A stretch of DNA of 58,059 nucleotides, counting the filler, from Sphacelaria rigidula (lineage: Eukaryota): assembly GCA_964200075.2 (NCBI GenBank). It is 7 parts of 7 records of this genome, joined end to end, with 100 filler letters (N's around TTAATTAATTAA, not from the genome) between each part and the next. Parts side by side here need not be neighbours in the genome. Positions count along the whole stretch, not along the records: positions 8,310 to 16,518 come from CAXNAA020011912.1; positions 16,619 to 24,827 come from CAXNAA020011913.1; 5 more parts are not named here. One strand, given 5' to 3'. Positions 10,718 to 23,110 of this stretch are shown here, in pieces (within the stretch, counting starts at the first letter, position 1; every line of letters starts with the position of its first letter). The notes under the pieces were generated by a model, which did no database searches, was not told the DNA's origin, and saw only the letters and a list, made by a program, of their open reading frames with translations. Both the position numbers and the translations under genes were made by a program.

Positions 10718-12527
10718 AACCACCGACGCTGCCGGTGAATCCGCGGCAGTAGCTGCCCCGGCCAAGGAAACGGCTGCCGTCGGCGCGCTCGGCGAGGTGC
10801 CAACGCGCATTCTCGCAGGCTGCCACTCGCTTGTGAGTCTCAACGGTACCCTCGTGGGCGACTCGGTTGAGGTGTCCACCCTGAAGGGTCTGGGATGGGC
10901 GTGCCTCCGCGAAGGCCTTGTTGCTCCTCGGGCGTCGGTGAGATCGGCTCGTGCCGCGGCGGCAGCAGAGGCGGCGGAGGCGGGAGCCGAGGCAGGAACA
11001 ACTGCAGGGGATCCGGATCCGGCCCTTCAGCCAATACAGATAGTGCGATGTTGGCAATTCGATCCATCTTTGAGGCGAATGTGCACGGCGATCCGTCATG
11101 TGGGGATGTCGCTGTCCGGACGAGGAGGGGGGCGGAGTAGTTTCACTTCCTCCGCTCGCGAGACGGGGGGACGCAGAAACGGCGGGGGTGTGCACAGAGT
11201 CCCACCCTTTCATGACCGGCTGTGGGTGGTGGCCAAGGGCGCCCCGGAGTCGCTGGAGCCGCTGTTGACAGACGCACCGGCCAACTACCGCTCGACCTTC
11301 TTGCATCACATGGGGCAGGGCTCGCGCGTGTTGGCCCTGGCGTATCGTGCTTTGGAACCCGGGGTGGATGCGGACGCGTGCAGGAGGATGCCGCGAGCGG
11401 ACGCTGAGCGGGGCTTGCGGTTTGGCGGGTTCTTGGTCTTGGGCTGTCCTATGAAACCCGACGCGCCGTATGTCGTCCGGGAGCTGAGGGACTCGAGTCA
11501 CGCGGTGGCGATGATCACGGGGGATAGCGTGCTGACAGCAGCGCATGTGGCCAGGCAGGTGGGTATGGTCGATCATCCGCCTTCTCGTACCCTTGTCCTC
11601 GCTCTTGCCGGTGCTACAGGCGGCGGTGGCGGTGGCGGGAGGGCAGGGGTAACCCAGCCTGCCGCTGAAGGTGACGGGCACAACCAATGCGGCCCTACTA
11701 CCGACGAGCTTGGGATGAAGGCCGGGCGGGAGGTGACGAAGACAGCAGCGAATGGAGAAGAGGACGGGTCTCTCTGTTGGGTGTCTGTCGCGGCGGGGTT
11801 TGACGAAGGTGGGAATAAGGAGAGCAGACAGGGCACGAATAGCGGTGGTGGCGACGGTACCAGCGGTGACAGCGGCAGTAAGACTATTCCATTCGACGCA
11901 CAAAGCCTCGGGGCTCTAGCCAAGCGCCATGCTCTCTGTGTCACCGGCGACGCGCTTACCCGAGTGTCGGCCGCCACCGTGGCGCTGCCTCCGTCTGGTG
12001 CCCACCCGAAACCGGTACCCATGACGGCCGCTTCATCATCTAACGGAAGAGCTTGCACGTCGTCGGCGTCGTCGCCGCTGTCGGCGCTCTGCTGTCACGT
12101 GACCGTGTTCGCGCGGGTGTCGCCGGCGCAGAAGGAGCAGGTGATCGGGGAGCTGAATGCAGCCGGGCGAACCACACTTATGTGCGGGGATGGCACCAAC
12201 GACGTGGGCGCGCTACGCCTCGCGCATGTCGGGGTATCCATCGTCAACTCCCCCGAACTCGAGAAACGCCTCGAGGGTTTTCTGAACGATGAAGACGGCC
12301 GAGGGAAGGCCGCGCACAGGAAGGGCCAGCGACTGTCGGATGCTAAGCGGAGTCGCATGCTGTCCTCTCGAGAGCGGGAGGAGCAGGAGTTGGACCCGGC
12401 ATTGGTGAAGCTGGGGGACGCGTCGATCGCGTCTCCGTTCACGGCGAAGACGACGTCTGTCGGGTGTGTGCTCGCGGTGATTCGGCAGGGAAGGTGTACC
12501 CTGGTGACCACTCTTCAAGTTTACAAG
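10718..12527 (+). CDS. ATP13A1: P5A-type ATPase exon: N and P domains
   Basis: Polypyrimidine + ctgacag| acceptor in matching phase 2; motifs LAGCHSL, FDPSLRRM, KGAPE, MITGD, FARVSPAQKE, CGDGTNDVGAL, LGDASIASPFT, IRQGRCTLVTT; AAG|gtatgt donor. Confidence 0.93.
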
Positions 12528-13836
12528 GTATGTGATGTGTGCGCTGACGTGTGCTGTTTTGTTCTTGTTGTTTTTTTCATGCTTATTTTTCGTTGCAGAT
12601 GCTTGCGATCGATACTGGCGCTGTTGTGCGATTCTGACTGTTTCAAGTATCATGAAATGATGAAACTCTTGTTTACTACCATGTTCTTCTCCCCTCCCCG
12701 TGTCTTGGCTGTCTTGCGTTGCACCGCTAAAGGCTGCAAGAACAGCCTTTCGTGCTGGTTGGTACCAGCTCATCGAGGTGCACAGAATGAGCTTCCCCGT
12801 CGCGTGTTCGTGGCGATACGCGGTCGTGCTAGAGTACCCCCGGGCATAACAAATATTGGGTTCTTGCTTTATTGACTTGTTGATGTACAAAAGATATTTG
12901 AAAAAATGAAACTCTTTGGTTCGGCCTGTAGTTCTTCACCCTCACCACACACCTTGACCTACTTCTCGAAGTCTCCACGCGCGTTCCAAGAGAGCAAGTG
13001 CGCAAACTACTCTTTTGGTACCTTTCCACGCGAACACCAACACCTCAATTCAGCCCATCAAGAATCGAAAATGCTCTTGACCCATGAGCATACCACTGTA
13101 ATTGCCACAACAACTTCCACCTCGTTGTAACTTGTTGAGGGTTTCACATACTCTTTCTATACGCTTATCTGTCTATACTGGTGAAATTTTCATTGACTTA
13201 TTATAATCATATAATAATCATCGTCATCATCATAATTACTATATGGTAAGTCCATCTTTTATAACAATGTATCACGTTTTTTCTATGAATGATTTAAATT
13301 TTCGGATTTTGGTTGTTTGATTTATTTTTTGTTCTTGGACAAGAGGAAGACAAATATATGTCATGTACACAACCAATCATCGGCATATCAAATTGTGCTC
13401 TACTCCCCTTGCTGGCAATTTCCTGATCCTCGAGCTACATCTTGACTGTGGTCTGTTGGTCAAGGCGGATGCTAGTTTTATCTGTGGCCTTGATTGACAT
13501 GGCGCTCACATACTGCGACTCACCCCTTCCTCCGCTGACAGGCTAAGGGTTGAGTACGAGAGTAGTGGAACGAACCTCGAGTCACAGTTTGTTGGGGAGG
13601 GGTTGGTGAAGTCACGGTAGAGATTGTGCGAGAAAATAAATTGTGTGTATGTGTAGAAAATGAATACGCGGTGCACTTCACGGTTCAACCATTTCTCTAC
13701 GCTTTTTTGCGAAATAAAACACGGGTAGTGGCGGCATTTTTTCCAGTTCTGCAGTCCACGTCGCAATAGTAACACGCTCCCGCCCTCGCCCCCCGCCCCT
13801 CCCTCCCTGCTCTACGCCTGTACCCACCGATGCAAG

Positions 13837-14199
13837 ATACTGGCTCTGAATTGCCTCACGTCAGCCTACATGCTCTCCGCATTGTACCTCAAGGGTGTGA
13901 AGCAGGGCGACGGACAGATGACCGTCCTCGGGCTGGCCATATCCGCACTCTTTTACTGCGCCAGTCGCTCGCAGCCGATGCGCCGCCTGTCGACGGCGCG
14001 TCCGCCCGCCCGCATTTTCTGCCTGCAGCCCTGCCTGTCCGTTCTGGGGCAGTTCTCCGTGCACCTGCTCGCACTTTTGGCCGTCTCGAAGCTGTGCGAG
14101 GAACACGTCAATCCTGAAGATCCTTCGGCGATGCCCGATGGGCCCTTCAGGCCCAACACATTCAATTCTGCGGTGTTTCTTTTGTCATCTGTCATGCAG
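13837..14199 (+). CDS. ATP13A1: P5A-type ATPase exon: M5 to M8
   Basis: gcaag| acceptor; ILALNCLTSAYMLSALYLKGVKQGDGQMT...PNTFNSAVFLLSSVMQ; CAG|gtgagg donor, phase 0. Confidence 0.92.
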
Positions 14200-14736
14200 G
14201 TGAGGTCGGCTATCTTGCCCTCGTTAGTTGTTGAACGGAGGGCAGATGTGGGGAGTCATGTGAAAACCTGCTCAAACCGCTCTACCCCAAGTTTGGCGTA
14301 TTGCTTGCTTGTTTGCTTGCCGCACATTCACTGATCCCCGAAGGATAATTGTCACGGCATTATTCCTTGTCTTAGGAAGGGGGTGTGGGTTCGGTGTAGA
14401 AAAGTGGCGTCAGTTCCTGCAAGTCGGTCGCCCGCGCGATTTTTCTCGGCAAGCCCTCAGCTCCTGCCCAAGTCCTGCTCTGTGTGTGTGCCGTGGAAAT
14501 ACTCGAACATCAACCAACAACGCCCCCATATTGTGAGGTCCCGCCGCATGCGCCATTTTTCGGCTACTTGCCGCAACATCCCGGTAAATAGATGCTCTCG
14601 TCGCTGGTTGATCCTTGGCACGATCGGATCGGCTTCATGACCAACGTCATCATCACGTGCATCACCATCGACTTCACGCACCACGGTCGAATCACGAATC
14701 ATGTATGTGTGTGTATGCGCGTGTTTGGTCCTCCAG

Positions 14737-15117
14737 GTCAACACCTTCGCGGTGAACTACACGGGTCACCCTTTCATGCAGTCACTCCGAGAAAACAGGC
14801 CGATGTGGTGGCTGGTGCTAGGCTCATACGCGTCCCTTCTGCTGGCAGCGTCGGGCCTGCTTCCCTCCTTCGAGTCGTGGCTGCAGCTGGTACCGTTCCC
14901 CGAAGGGTTCCGCGGACCGTTACTCGGGGTCCTGGGCGCAGACACCGCTGCTGTGTTCATGGTGGAAAGCGGCACTAGTTTGTTATCTCGGTATTTTTTC
15001 CCGCAAGGACAGGGTACTGTTGCGGGAAACGCCGCTGGGGGTAGCGGTCGTAAAGGTCGAGCGGGCGGAGGTGCAGGCAGGGGTAAGAGAAAAGGCGGAC
15101 GGAAAGGTCGGGATTGA
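14737..15117 (+). CDS. ATP13A1: P5A-type ATPase terminal exon: M8 to M10 and basic tail
   Basis: ctccag| acceptor; VNTFAVNYTGHPFMQSLRENRPM...LQLVPFP; TGA stop at 15115-15117. Confidence 0.92.
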   Translation, partial: VNTFAVNYTGHPFMQSLRENRPMWWLVLGSYASLLLAASGLLPSFESWLQLVPFPEGFRGPLLGVLGADTAAVFMVESGTSLLSRYFFPQGQGTVAGNAAGGSGRKGRAGGGAGRGKRKGGRKGRD

Positions 15118-16006
15118 AACTTTGATTGTCGGCCGACGGAGGGGGGGATGATGATGGACTGGTAGACGAGTGTTGATTTAACTTGTTGATTTCGATGACG
15201 TTTCGCTGTGTTTGTGTGTGTATGTGTGTATGTGTGTGTGCCATAGATCGTTGAACGTAAGTTGTTTTCTCATGTAATCGTTTCGTTTGATGATGATGTG
15301 TCGTGTGTGACGGGAAATTTTTGAGTGGGGTTTGTAGCGTACAGTCAGCATCCCCGTGCTGTTTTGGGCCTCTGTCGCCGTTCAAGTGGGGCCCTCGAGA
15401 GTGCGTTCTTTTTTGGGGGCGGGGAGAAAGTTGGTCCGAGCGCTTCGTTCTTCGACGTTACGGTAGTTTTCCGTTTCCAGCTGCCGCACTTTTTATGGCG
15501 ACCGCGCCTCACGGCAACGGCGGGGAGGACGGTCGGATTTTCTTTGATCGACGGTTGTAGTTCCGATTTTCCGACAGCGCGACGGATGGTCGGATTTTCT
15601 CTGTCCAACAGCGGCAGTTTTGGTTTGTTTTTGCTGGGTGTGAGCACGGCGAACGTCGTTGTGACGTGGCTGCCTCATGACAGCGTAACGACTTTCCGTG
15701 CGGTCGACCCAGGGATTTGAACACTCTGACCCTCTTGGACGGCGAAGGGTTTTGAGGATCTCTACTGTTGTTGTAGGAAGAGCAGTCGTGCAAACGTCAA
15801 GACGCGAGGTGATACATAAATCCGAACATTAGCGTTAAAGTCAAATTGACAACTTCGCGGCCAAGAGGCTAGGGCGCAAACCACTCCAGAATAAGGAATG
15901 GGGGGTTCGTGACCGTAGGAACGATTCCGGCGATGTTTCATAATTTAGGGACGTTTCGCATACCCGTTGTTTTTTTCTCCAGGCAAAATTACTGTATGCT
16001 GGGAGA

Positions 16007-16448
16007 AACACGGGATTTTACAAATTGGGATGCATTTTTTATTGAGGATGAGAACCCGGAGGATCAAAATTTTCATATCCGCAACAAATCTTCGAAATAT
16101 AGTTCTACTCCTTCACCTACTCTTAGCTATCGTCAACTACTACACGCCATACAAATTTGGATCCTGATAACCGAAATTTTGGTGTCCTGGGCGAAGAAAC
16201 AATTTTGGGGATTGAGATGATGCGATCAGAACGCCGAAATTCCCCAAAAAACGTTTTTCACCTAGGACCCCAAAATTTCGGCGATCGAAATCCAAATATG
16301 TATGGTGTATAGCAGTCATCAATAGCTACCAGAAAGTAGAAAAAATCGAACCATATTTCGAAGATTCGGTGTGGATACGAAGATTTTAATTCTCCGGGTT
16401 TCTCATCCTCAATAAAAAATCCATCCCCAATTTGTAAAATCTCGTGTT
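16007..16448. mobile_element. Palindromic MITE, family A (~440 bp)
   Basis: aacacgggattttacaaattggg ... ccccaatttgtaaaatctcgtgtt; self-complementary throughout; homologous to 35891-36341. Confidence 0.85.
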
Positions 16449-16518
16449 AACAGCAAATTGTGCGAATTGAGGTTTACCTTTGAGATGAGGCTCGAGCCTA
16501 AAACAGTGCTTTCCCCAC
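16449..16518. mobile_element. Left end of palindromic MITE family B, cut by the contig end
   Basis: aacagcaaattgtgcgaattgaggtt...aaaacagtgcttt matches the left arm of 56833-57288. Confidence 0.75.
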
Positions 16519-16618
16519 NNNNNNNNNNNNNNNNNNNNNNNNNNNNNNNNNNNNNNNNNNNNTTAATTAATTAANNNNNNNNNNNNNNNNNNNNNNNNNN
16601 NNNNNNNNNNNNNNNNNN
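16519..16618. other. Artificial contig spacer
   Basis: N44-TTAATTAATTAA-N44. Confidence 0.98.
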
Positions 16619-18610
16619 CAATCAGGCCGAAGAAATCGTCGATTTGGTGATTCGTAGTCGTGATGATTCGTCATAACCGTGGAACTACAACTCAGGACTC
16701 GTGCCCACACCACGCTGATGCAGCGCTTGATTTCGATGGAGACATTCGAATCTGAGCTGACAGCACCACCTAGGTAGACAACCTTGGCCGTCTCTTCATA
16801 TTGTTGACCTGCCGCGGATATATGCAGTACGGTCTCCGCAGACCTGGGCACAGACCACAGGCGCATGGACTTTGTCTTACTCTTCGATACCGTCAACCCA
16901 AACCTCCTGAAAAGCCACCACCACCACGGCCATCATTCCAGCAAGCCCGCCCGGAGACCTCGAGACTATGCCATCGTTATCTGCATGTAGCACCCATCAC
17001 ACCACGCGTCGAGCCTTTTCCAGCGGTGTCTCTTCTACGGGCCCATCGTCACCGTTTGGCGCATCATCTAGACATACTCCCTTTGTCTCATAAGTCTGGG
17101 CACTCATGGTTGTACGAGCCCTTAACGGTGTGATATTTGATTTTCGATCTTTTTATTGCATTCATCGGCTTTTTATATATAGCTAAAACCAACGTTCTTT
17201 CTACAAGGTGGGTACTTGACCCATGCAGTCGTGCGGCCGAGAAAAAAGTAGGTCGGTCCAAAAACGGTCATTTTTTCGCTCGTTTTCCCGGGAAAGCATG
17301 AGAGACCCGGGGACACGAAAAATCGCGAAATATGGGCCAGAAAATGTGAAAGTCGCGAAACCACCGTTGGTTTTGAACACGTCCGTGATGTGCACCTACG
17401 CACGCCCCATGCAACATTTTGCTGGCAAGTAATTACTACTGCTCGACGTGAGAACGTCCAAAATCGGTCAATGATGGGGTATAAATGGATAAAAAAGGGT
17501 CAAAATGGGGTATATTTCGACATAATTTTAGTGAAAAAACATTTTTTTTGCGCTTTTTTTTTTCATCAGCTTCGTCTGCGCTTCATCTCTCTAACGAACC
17601 CAACCATAGGATGATCGTCAACGTTGAAATACTCAAACGATTAAACGCCTATAAGTGTCCAGACTCATGAGACAGAGGAAGTGACAAGCAAAAGAGGATA
17701 TCTGGGTCTGCCGGGAACCGCTGTGAGGTCACTTCCACGAGGGCTGTGCCGAAGATGTTGAACAATAGCGGAGACGAAACGCATATTTGCCGGAGTCCCT
17801 GGCAGACTTGGAAGCACGCTGATATTTATTCATCATCCTACTGTACTCGAGTTTGCATGCCATCGTGAAACATACGGACAAGCTTGATCATCCGTGGCGG
17901 GACTCCGGAACGGGCAAGTCCTTCCCACAGGAGCGTGCGATCTACGGAATCGTACGCCTTTTGCAGGTCGATGAAGCACGTGTGTAGTGAGACATTGCTC
18001 GCCTGTCTAAATCACTGTAGTCGGCGTACGACGAAAATCATGTCGGTGGTCGCTCGTTGGTGCCGGAATCCGCACTGTTCTTGTAAGATCCTTCCCTCCT
18101 CGCAGATACTAGTGAGCCTATCGGCCACGATTTTGAGGAGAAATTCGCGAGCATTGGTCACGATGGAGATGACCTGTAGTTACCTCACTCGGTACTATCC
18201 ATTTTCTTGTGTACCATTTCGATGGTGGCGTCATTCACTCCTGCGGCACCTCGCCAGATGTCCAAACCGCAGCGATGACGCTGTGGAAATGGCACACAAT
18301 CTCCGAAGGCTCCCCGATCAACCCAAACTTGAGGAAATTAGTAGGAGTAGGTAGGCCATCCGGGGTTGTCGCTTTGCCCTTAGCCATAGCTCTCAGCACG
18401 TCCTCCGTTTCACTTGGGCTTGGGGTGTATCTAAGTGACAATTATGTCGATCTTTGCGCAATGTTCTCGATGACGGCTTAGTCGATAGTCACCGACATGT
18501 CACCCATCAAGGTGGAGAAATATCGTTCGCAGCTCGGCCGCGTTGGATGTTTGTCCCAGAGTAGGCTCCCATCTTCGTCGTTTGCTCGGGTATTTCTATC
18601 ATGCGATCAT
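16619..18610 (-). mobile_element. Degenerate non-LTR retrotransposon (RTE-like LINE) reverse transcriptase, copy A
   Basis: Minus-strand remnants KATTPDGLP, CFIDLQKAYDSVDR, QGLRQ..SPLLFNI, LHADN (decayed YADD) and VYLGG; many stops and frameshifts; interrupted by a MITE. Confidence 0.88.
17077..17681. mobile_element. Stowaway/Tc1-mariner-like MITE inserted in the LINE RT
   Basis: TIRs CTCCCTTTGTCTCATAAGTCTGGGCAC / GTGTCCAGACTCATGAGACAGAGGAAG; TA on the left and TG (mutated TA?) on the right; RT homology resumes on both sides. Confidence 0.7.
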
Positions 18611-18689
18611 GGCTGGATTTCTGGGGGAATCAGTTCACGTACGACAACCCACCAAATCAAAATCCGAAGGCGGAGCGGTACCCAGTGAC

Positions 18690-21480
18690 ACAGTGTTGTA
18701 GGCGTTTCGCGGGGTTGGTCTGCCTTCCTCGTCCCTCCGACCGTTTCCCCATGTAGAAAGATGTTGGGGAAGCGTTCATCGTTCGTGCGCGCGACGCGGC
18801 CGGCTTTTAGTAGGGTTCGTTTCACCACGATAGCCTTGATGCAATCAAAGCCAGTCCTTTCGAGAACGTCCTGGTATGAATACATGTGGTAGTCGGGAAC
18901 ACTGCGGGTTGAGGTGGTGCTCGTTAAGGCACCTCAGCAGGAGCCCGAGGTGGGCTTGCCGCAACGTACCGAAATCATCGAGCGAGGAAGTCCAGGTCAC
19001 GTAGGCGTATGGCATGACCTCGATCATTTATCCCTTCAGGGACGATCGTTTTCAGCTAAGACGATGTGTGGGCTGTATCGCCCTGTATCGCCCTCCTATA
19101 CCTGACGAAGCAATTCCAGGCAAATCAGCGCGGCGGTTGACCTCAGGGGGAACATCGCCAATGCTGTTGGTTGCACCACCGAGGCGGCAAAAGTCTCGAC
19201 TTGGGTGTACCCTTGGCCTGCCGCGTACGCCTCAACCACACCGACCTTCATCCTTCGGAAGCGCAAGTGCATGGTTTCCCTCTTCTTTCCCACCACGACC
19301 AGACCACACACCACACAGCCATCGACGATGGCCGTCATCATCTTCGCCAGGCTTAGTTGAGATCGCAAAGCGATGCCAGCGACGTCGACGTATGATATGG
19401 CCTTAAGCACCTTGCAATCGTCCCTGGTCTTCCCGCCCCCTGTAGCGATGAGCTCATCCGCCGCCGCTTCCATCGATCGTGAAGCGGTCGAAGGCCGCGG
19501 TCAGGACTGCCGCGACGAAGATATGGGACAAATCGGGGGCAATCACACAGCCTCAGCGGAGGGCCTGGATAAGGCAAAGCCACGCAGAAGTCTCACCGCT
19601 GTCAAGTCGCACTCACGCCAGTCATAGAACTGGCGGGTGATGGATATCATCTTGGCGGGGACGTCATATTGTGCTAGCATCTTCCAGAGAAGAGAGCGGT
19701 CGACTGGGTCGTACACGTTCTGGAGGTCGATGAAGCACACGCACCGTGGTAGATTATTCTCTCCGTCAGTTTTTGGAGTATGCTCACGAGGTACATCATG
19801 TCGACTGTCGACCGGCCGGGTCGTGAACAGCCTTCAGCCTCTGGTAGGAATCCCTTCCACTCGCAATAGGCGCTGGGGCGATATGGTACCTTTCTCGAAA
19901 AGCACCTTGCTCGCGTAGGCCCCGGGCGAAATGCTGCGGCACGTGCCGCCCATTCGTGCGGGTATTTTTTCTTGAACAGTGCCTTAATTTCAGCGACATT
20001 TCATTCCTGCGGCATTACTTCCCGACGCCACACTGTAGGGACGATATCATGAAAGCACTTCAGTATGACAAAATTCTCGGTGAGTCTGTGCTTCAACAGC
20101 TCGCACAGATCGTCAGCCCCAACGACCTTGCCGTTCTCCCGCTTGTTTATTACTTCCTCCTCATTATCGACCGATGGCTCGGTCGCGAGCGGCGGGTTCT
20201 CCGGCGTCTGCTCAATGCAGTCGGTAAAAGAGGGGTCGAGCGTAGGCAATATTGCGTTTTAAAACGTCTGATATCACTCTTTCCACCACTGCGGGATCGC
20301 ATGCTTGTCCCGCAGCAGCTCGCTAGACGCGCTCCTGATGTACGGTTCCTTCAACTTCCAAGGACTAAATATGTTGGTAGAGCCCTGCCTGGTCCTTCTT
20401 GCGGGTCAACTCTGCTGCCCTTGCGATAAACTTGGGTAGGTACTCCCGTAGTTAAGGGGTTTCACCCACTCGAACGCCTTATCGTTCACCTCCAGCATCT
20501 TTGTCAGGCGAGGGTCGTGGGAACTGGCGCGTGGTTGCTCCCATACACGCTCCCTGGCATTCCACGCCTATCAGAGGCGTGCTTGAGCCTGTGGTAACTC
20601 ACTGAAATCTCCAGATAAAGGGGTTCCTCGAGCAGGGAAGGAGTGTATCCACGCCCGCCTGGTGTTGGTGAGGACAGAGGCCATGTCGTTGACGTCCAAG
20701 GCTGCTGTAGAGTTACTAGCATTCAGCAGCTCGGCGACAACGGTCTGCGACACGATCGTCCTCCAACGCCGGTCGGACGAATGGAGTTCCCGGTTGACAC
20801 GTACTCCGTTGCCCCCACCTCCCGACTTTGGCCGACGGTCGGATGCGCTCCATCCCAGGATACGGATGGAGAATGACACCAGTCGACGGTCCGATTTCAT
20901 CCTGGGGTGCATAGTGACTTTCCGAACGAGTTCAGCTATACCAGGATGTACTCCACGCGCCGGTGGTGCCCGTCCGTCCTTCGGCTCCGCATTTGTGTAC
21001 GCGGAGGAGCTTTCCCCGCTAAATGGGGCGCTAGAAATGTAAATCAGTGATAATCGTTTTTGCTCGGCCAGCATATGTCAACAGTCTCATGCTTTTGTCA
21101 TTGAGGGTTGTCTCTGCCGTATTCTTCTAGAACCCGATCGTCTCCCAGGCCTCCCCCTCCTCCTGCCTTCCCGATGAGCGCGTTGGCATCCATCGTAAGG
21201 ATCACATGCTCGTTGGTGGGCACTCCAGCGATGGAACTATCAAGTGTCTGCGCGAACTTGGTCTCCTCCGGGGTAGCTGTTGTTTCAGTAACGGCGTATC
21301 CCACGATGTGGGTCGTGCCGATTACATGAAAAATATTCGCACCTTCAGCATGCTCGCATTAATGCGCTTGGAGACGATACCTTCTGAGCCTAGCTCGCTG
21401 GCGGTGTACTTTTCAATGTCACGGCCGACTCCGAGCCTTCCGGGGTTTCCCCTATCGACGATGCATAGGCGGCGGTTGGC
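18690..21480 (-). mobile_element. Degenerate RTE-like LINE, copy B (AP endonuclease + RT + C-terminus)
   Basis: Endonuclease remnants VILTMDANA and LVRKVTMHP..SD..LV; RT motifs CFIDLQNVYDPVDR and SYVDVAGI; C-terminal AGRVART..ERFP. Confidence 0.88.
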
Positions 21481-21500
21481 GCTTAGAAGGTTGGTTTTCC

Positions 21501-21860
21501 CAGGGGTCTACACGCTACACGTTACACGTTCACGTTACCTTCATCACGTTTGGAAAATTAAATGTTCACGTCACATGTTACGTTTTGTTTCGCACGTGAA
21601 AAAAATGTAACATTATGTTCACACTTCATTTGAAAATTTGACGTTACGTTCATCACGTGAAATCAAAGAAGGTTGCATTTCGTTACATGTGTCGTAATAT
21701 GAAACGTTTCATGGAACGTGTAACGCCCAACACAAGGTTTCATTGACACATGTAACGTTCGAATGTAACGTTTCATTGTGTGCGTGTCGCGGCTCATTTA
21801 CCAGTGTTTGAGATGTTGCAATGTGTCGTGTAGCGCGTGACGTTACCGTGTACGTGACGC
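21501..21860. repeat. ACGTTAC/GTAACGT-rich tract starting CAGGGG; possible hAT-like terminus with subterminal repeats
   Basis: Many short direct and inverted ACGTTAC motifs; no matching right TIR found. Confidence 0.4.
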
Positions 21861-23110
21861 TGACGGTGGCCCGTCGTATGTTTGAGCGTAGGCGCATCAT
21901 CTGATTGTGTCACGTTACCTTCTCTACAGTGTATTCGTTCACTTTCATACCTCCTCTCTTATTTTTATCTTTTTATTTTCAATTTTCAAATACTTGGCCA
22001 TTCGCACGACAGCACATACTGTCACCCAACATATCGTGAACATGATTGAACGCCGGCTTGAGACGTCCCGGCATTTCGCAGACAAAACTACATGGGGTAC
22101 CCCCAGTTCTGTATATGTGTATACATGCATGCATGGACAAATAAGATAGTTCATCACGGCCGTCAAAGGCAGGCGTACGTATGTGCGCATGTATGTGTGT
22201 ATGACAGTCTACACCGCGGTCCAGGCAATCGATTCATTTATCTAGCGGGAAAAAATACCCCCCCTCATGTGGGGGGCACCCACGCCATTTATTACGACCG
22301 ATCTTGCGTCGTTTCTTTGTTAATTCGGGAGCCCACTTCTTTTTCATCTTCGACCGTTACGGGTGTTTGCAAATAAACTAGATCCTGCACGTGTACCGTG
22401 GTGCAGTCAGAGTCATATCCGCTGCACCTGCATGCACTAGCATGTACGTGCATCTGCATGTAGCCTTGAACCTTACAGTCCAGACGGTGTAGAACTGAAG
22501 ACAGTGCCGACGTCACCGCTGCCAAATGCGAGCCTGTCTGCCGTTGTCGCGAACAAATGATTGATAACTTCGTACTAAAGTACTGTGTGTGCAAAGTTCA
22601 GGGTGTTTATATCCTTGTACTTGTACTGTCTGCTGTATTCGCAACGTACAGCAAGTACCTCGTCCCGTGTTCGCAAGTACAACCTGTACTTGTAACTTTG
22701 AACCGCAATACCGTGTTCGCGAGTACAGGCTGCACTTTACACGTCGGACGTGCCCGAGCTCGTGACAGATCCGGGTCAGCTCACTTTGGGCATAGATCAT
22801 GATCCGTCCGAGGTGAGCTGTCACCCGTGCACGTTTGTCCGATGCTGATCCGTAGCATCCACTTGACCCGTACATATTTGCCGAGCGACGAGCTGTACGA
22901 CCCGCTTCACACGCACACTTTCGTGTACAACTGATCTGCAGACCTGTGTCATCTGTACGACATCACACAGTTGTGCTTTGTATCTCTCGGGTCAGGCAAG
23001 CGCAGTAGCTTGTCGACCCGCGCGATTTGAATCTCATGTACACCAAATGCAACCCCCCATCTGTGGTTTCCGTATCTAGTATGGAAGAAACCCTTTCTTG
23101 CACCCGTAAG

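Noticed and set aside
10671..11903. 410-aa antisense ORF (and other ORFs overlapping the ATPase)
   Set aside because: Shadow frames of a GC-rich exon; no motifs or splice support.
12528..12875. C-terminal part of the 692-aa ORF as coding
   Set aside because: Read-through into an intron after the AAG|gtatgt donor; ATPase homology resumes at 13837.
17126..17640. piggyBac MITE flanked by TTAA
   Set aside because: The inverted repeat extends beyond both TTAA sites to TA|CTCCC ends, which fit a Stowaway/mariner-like element better.
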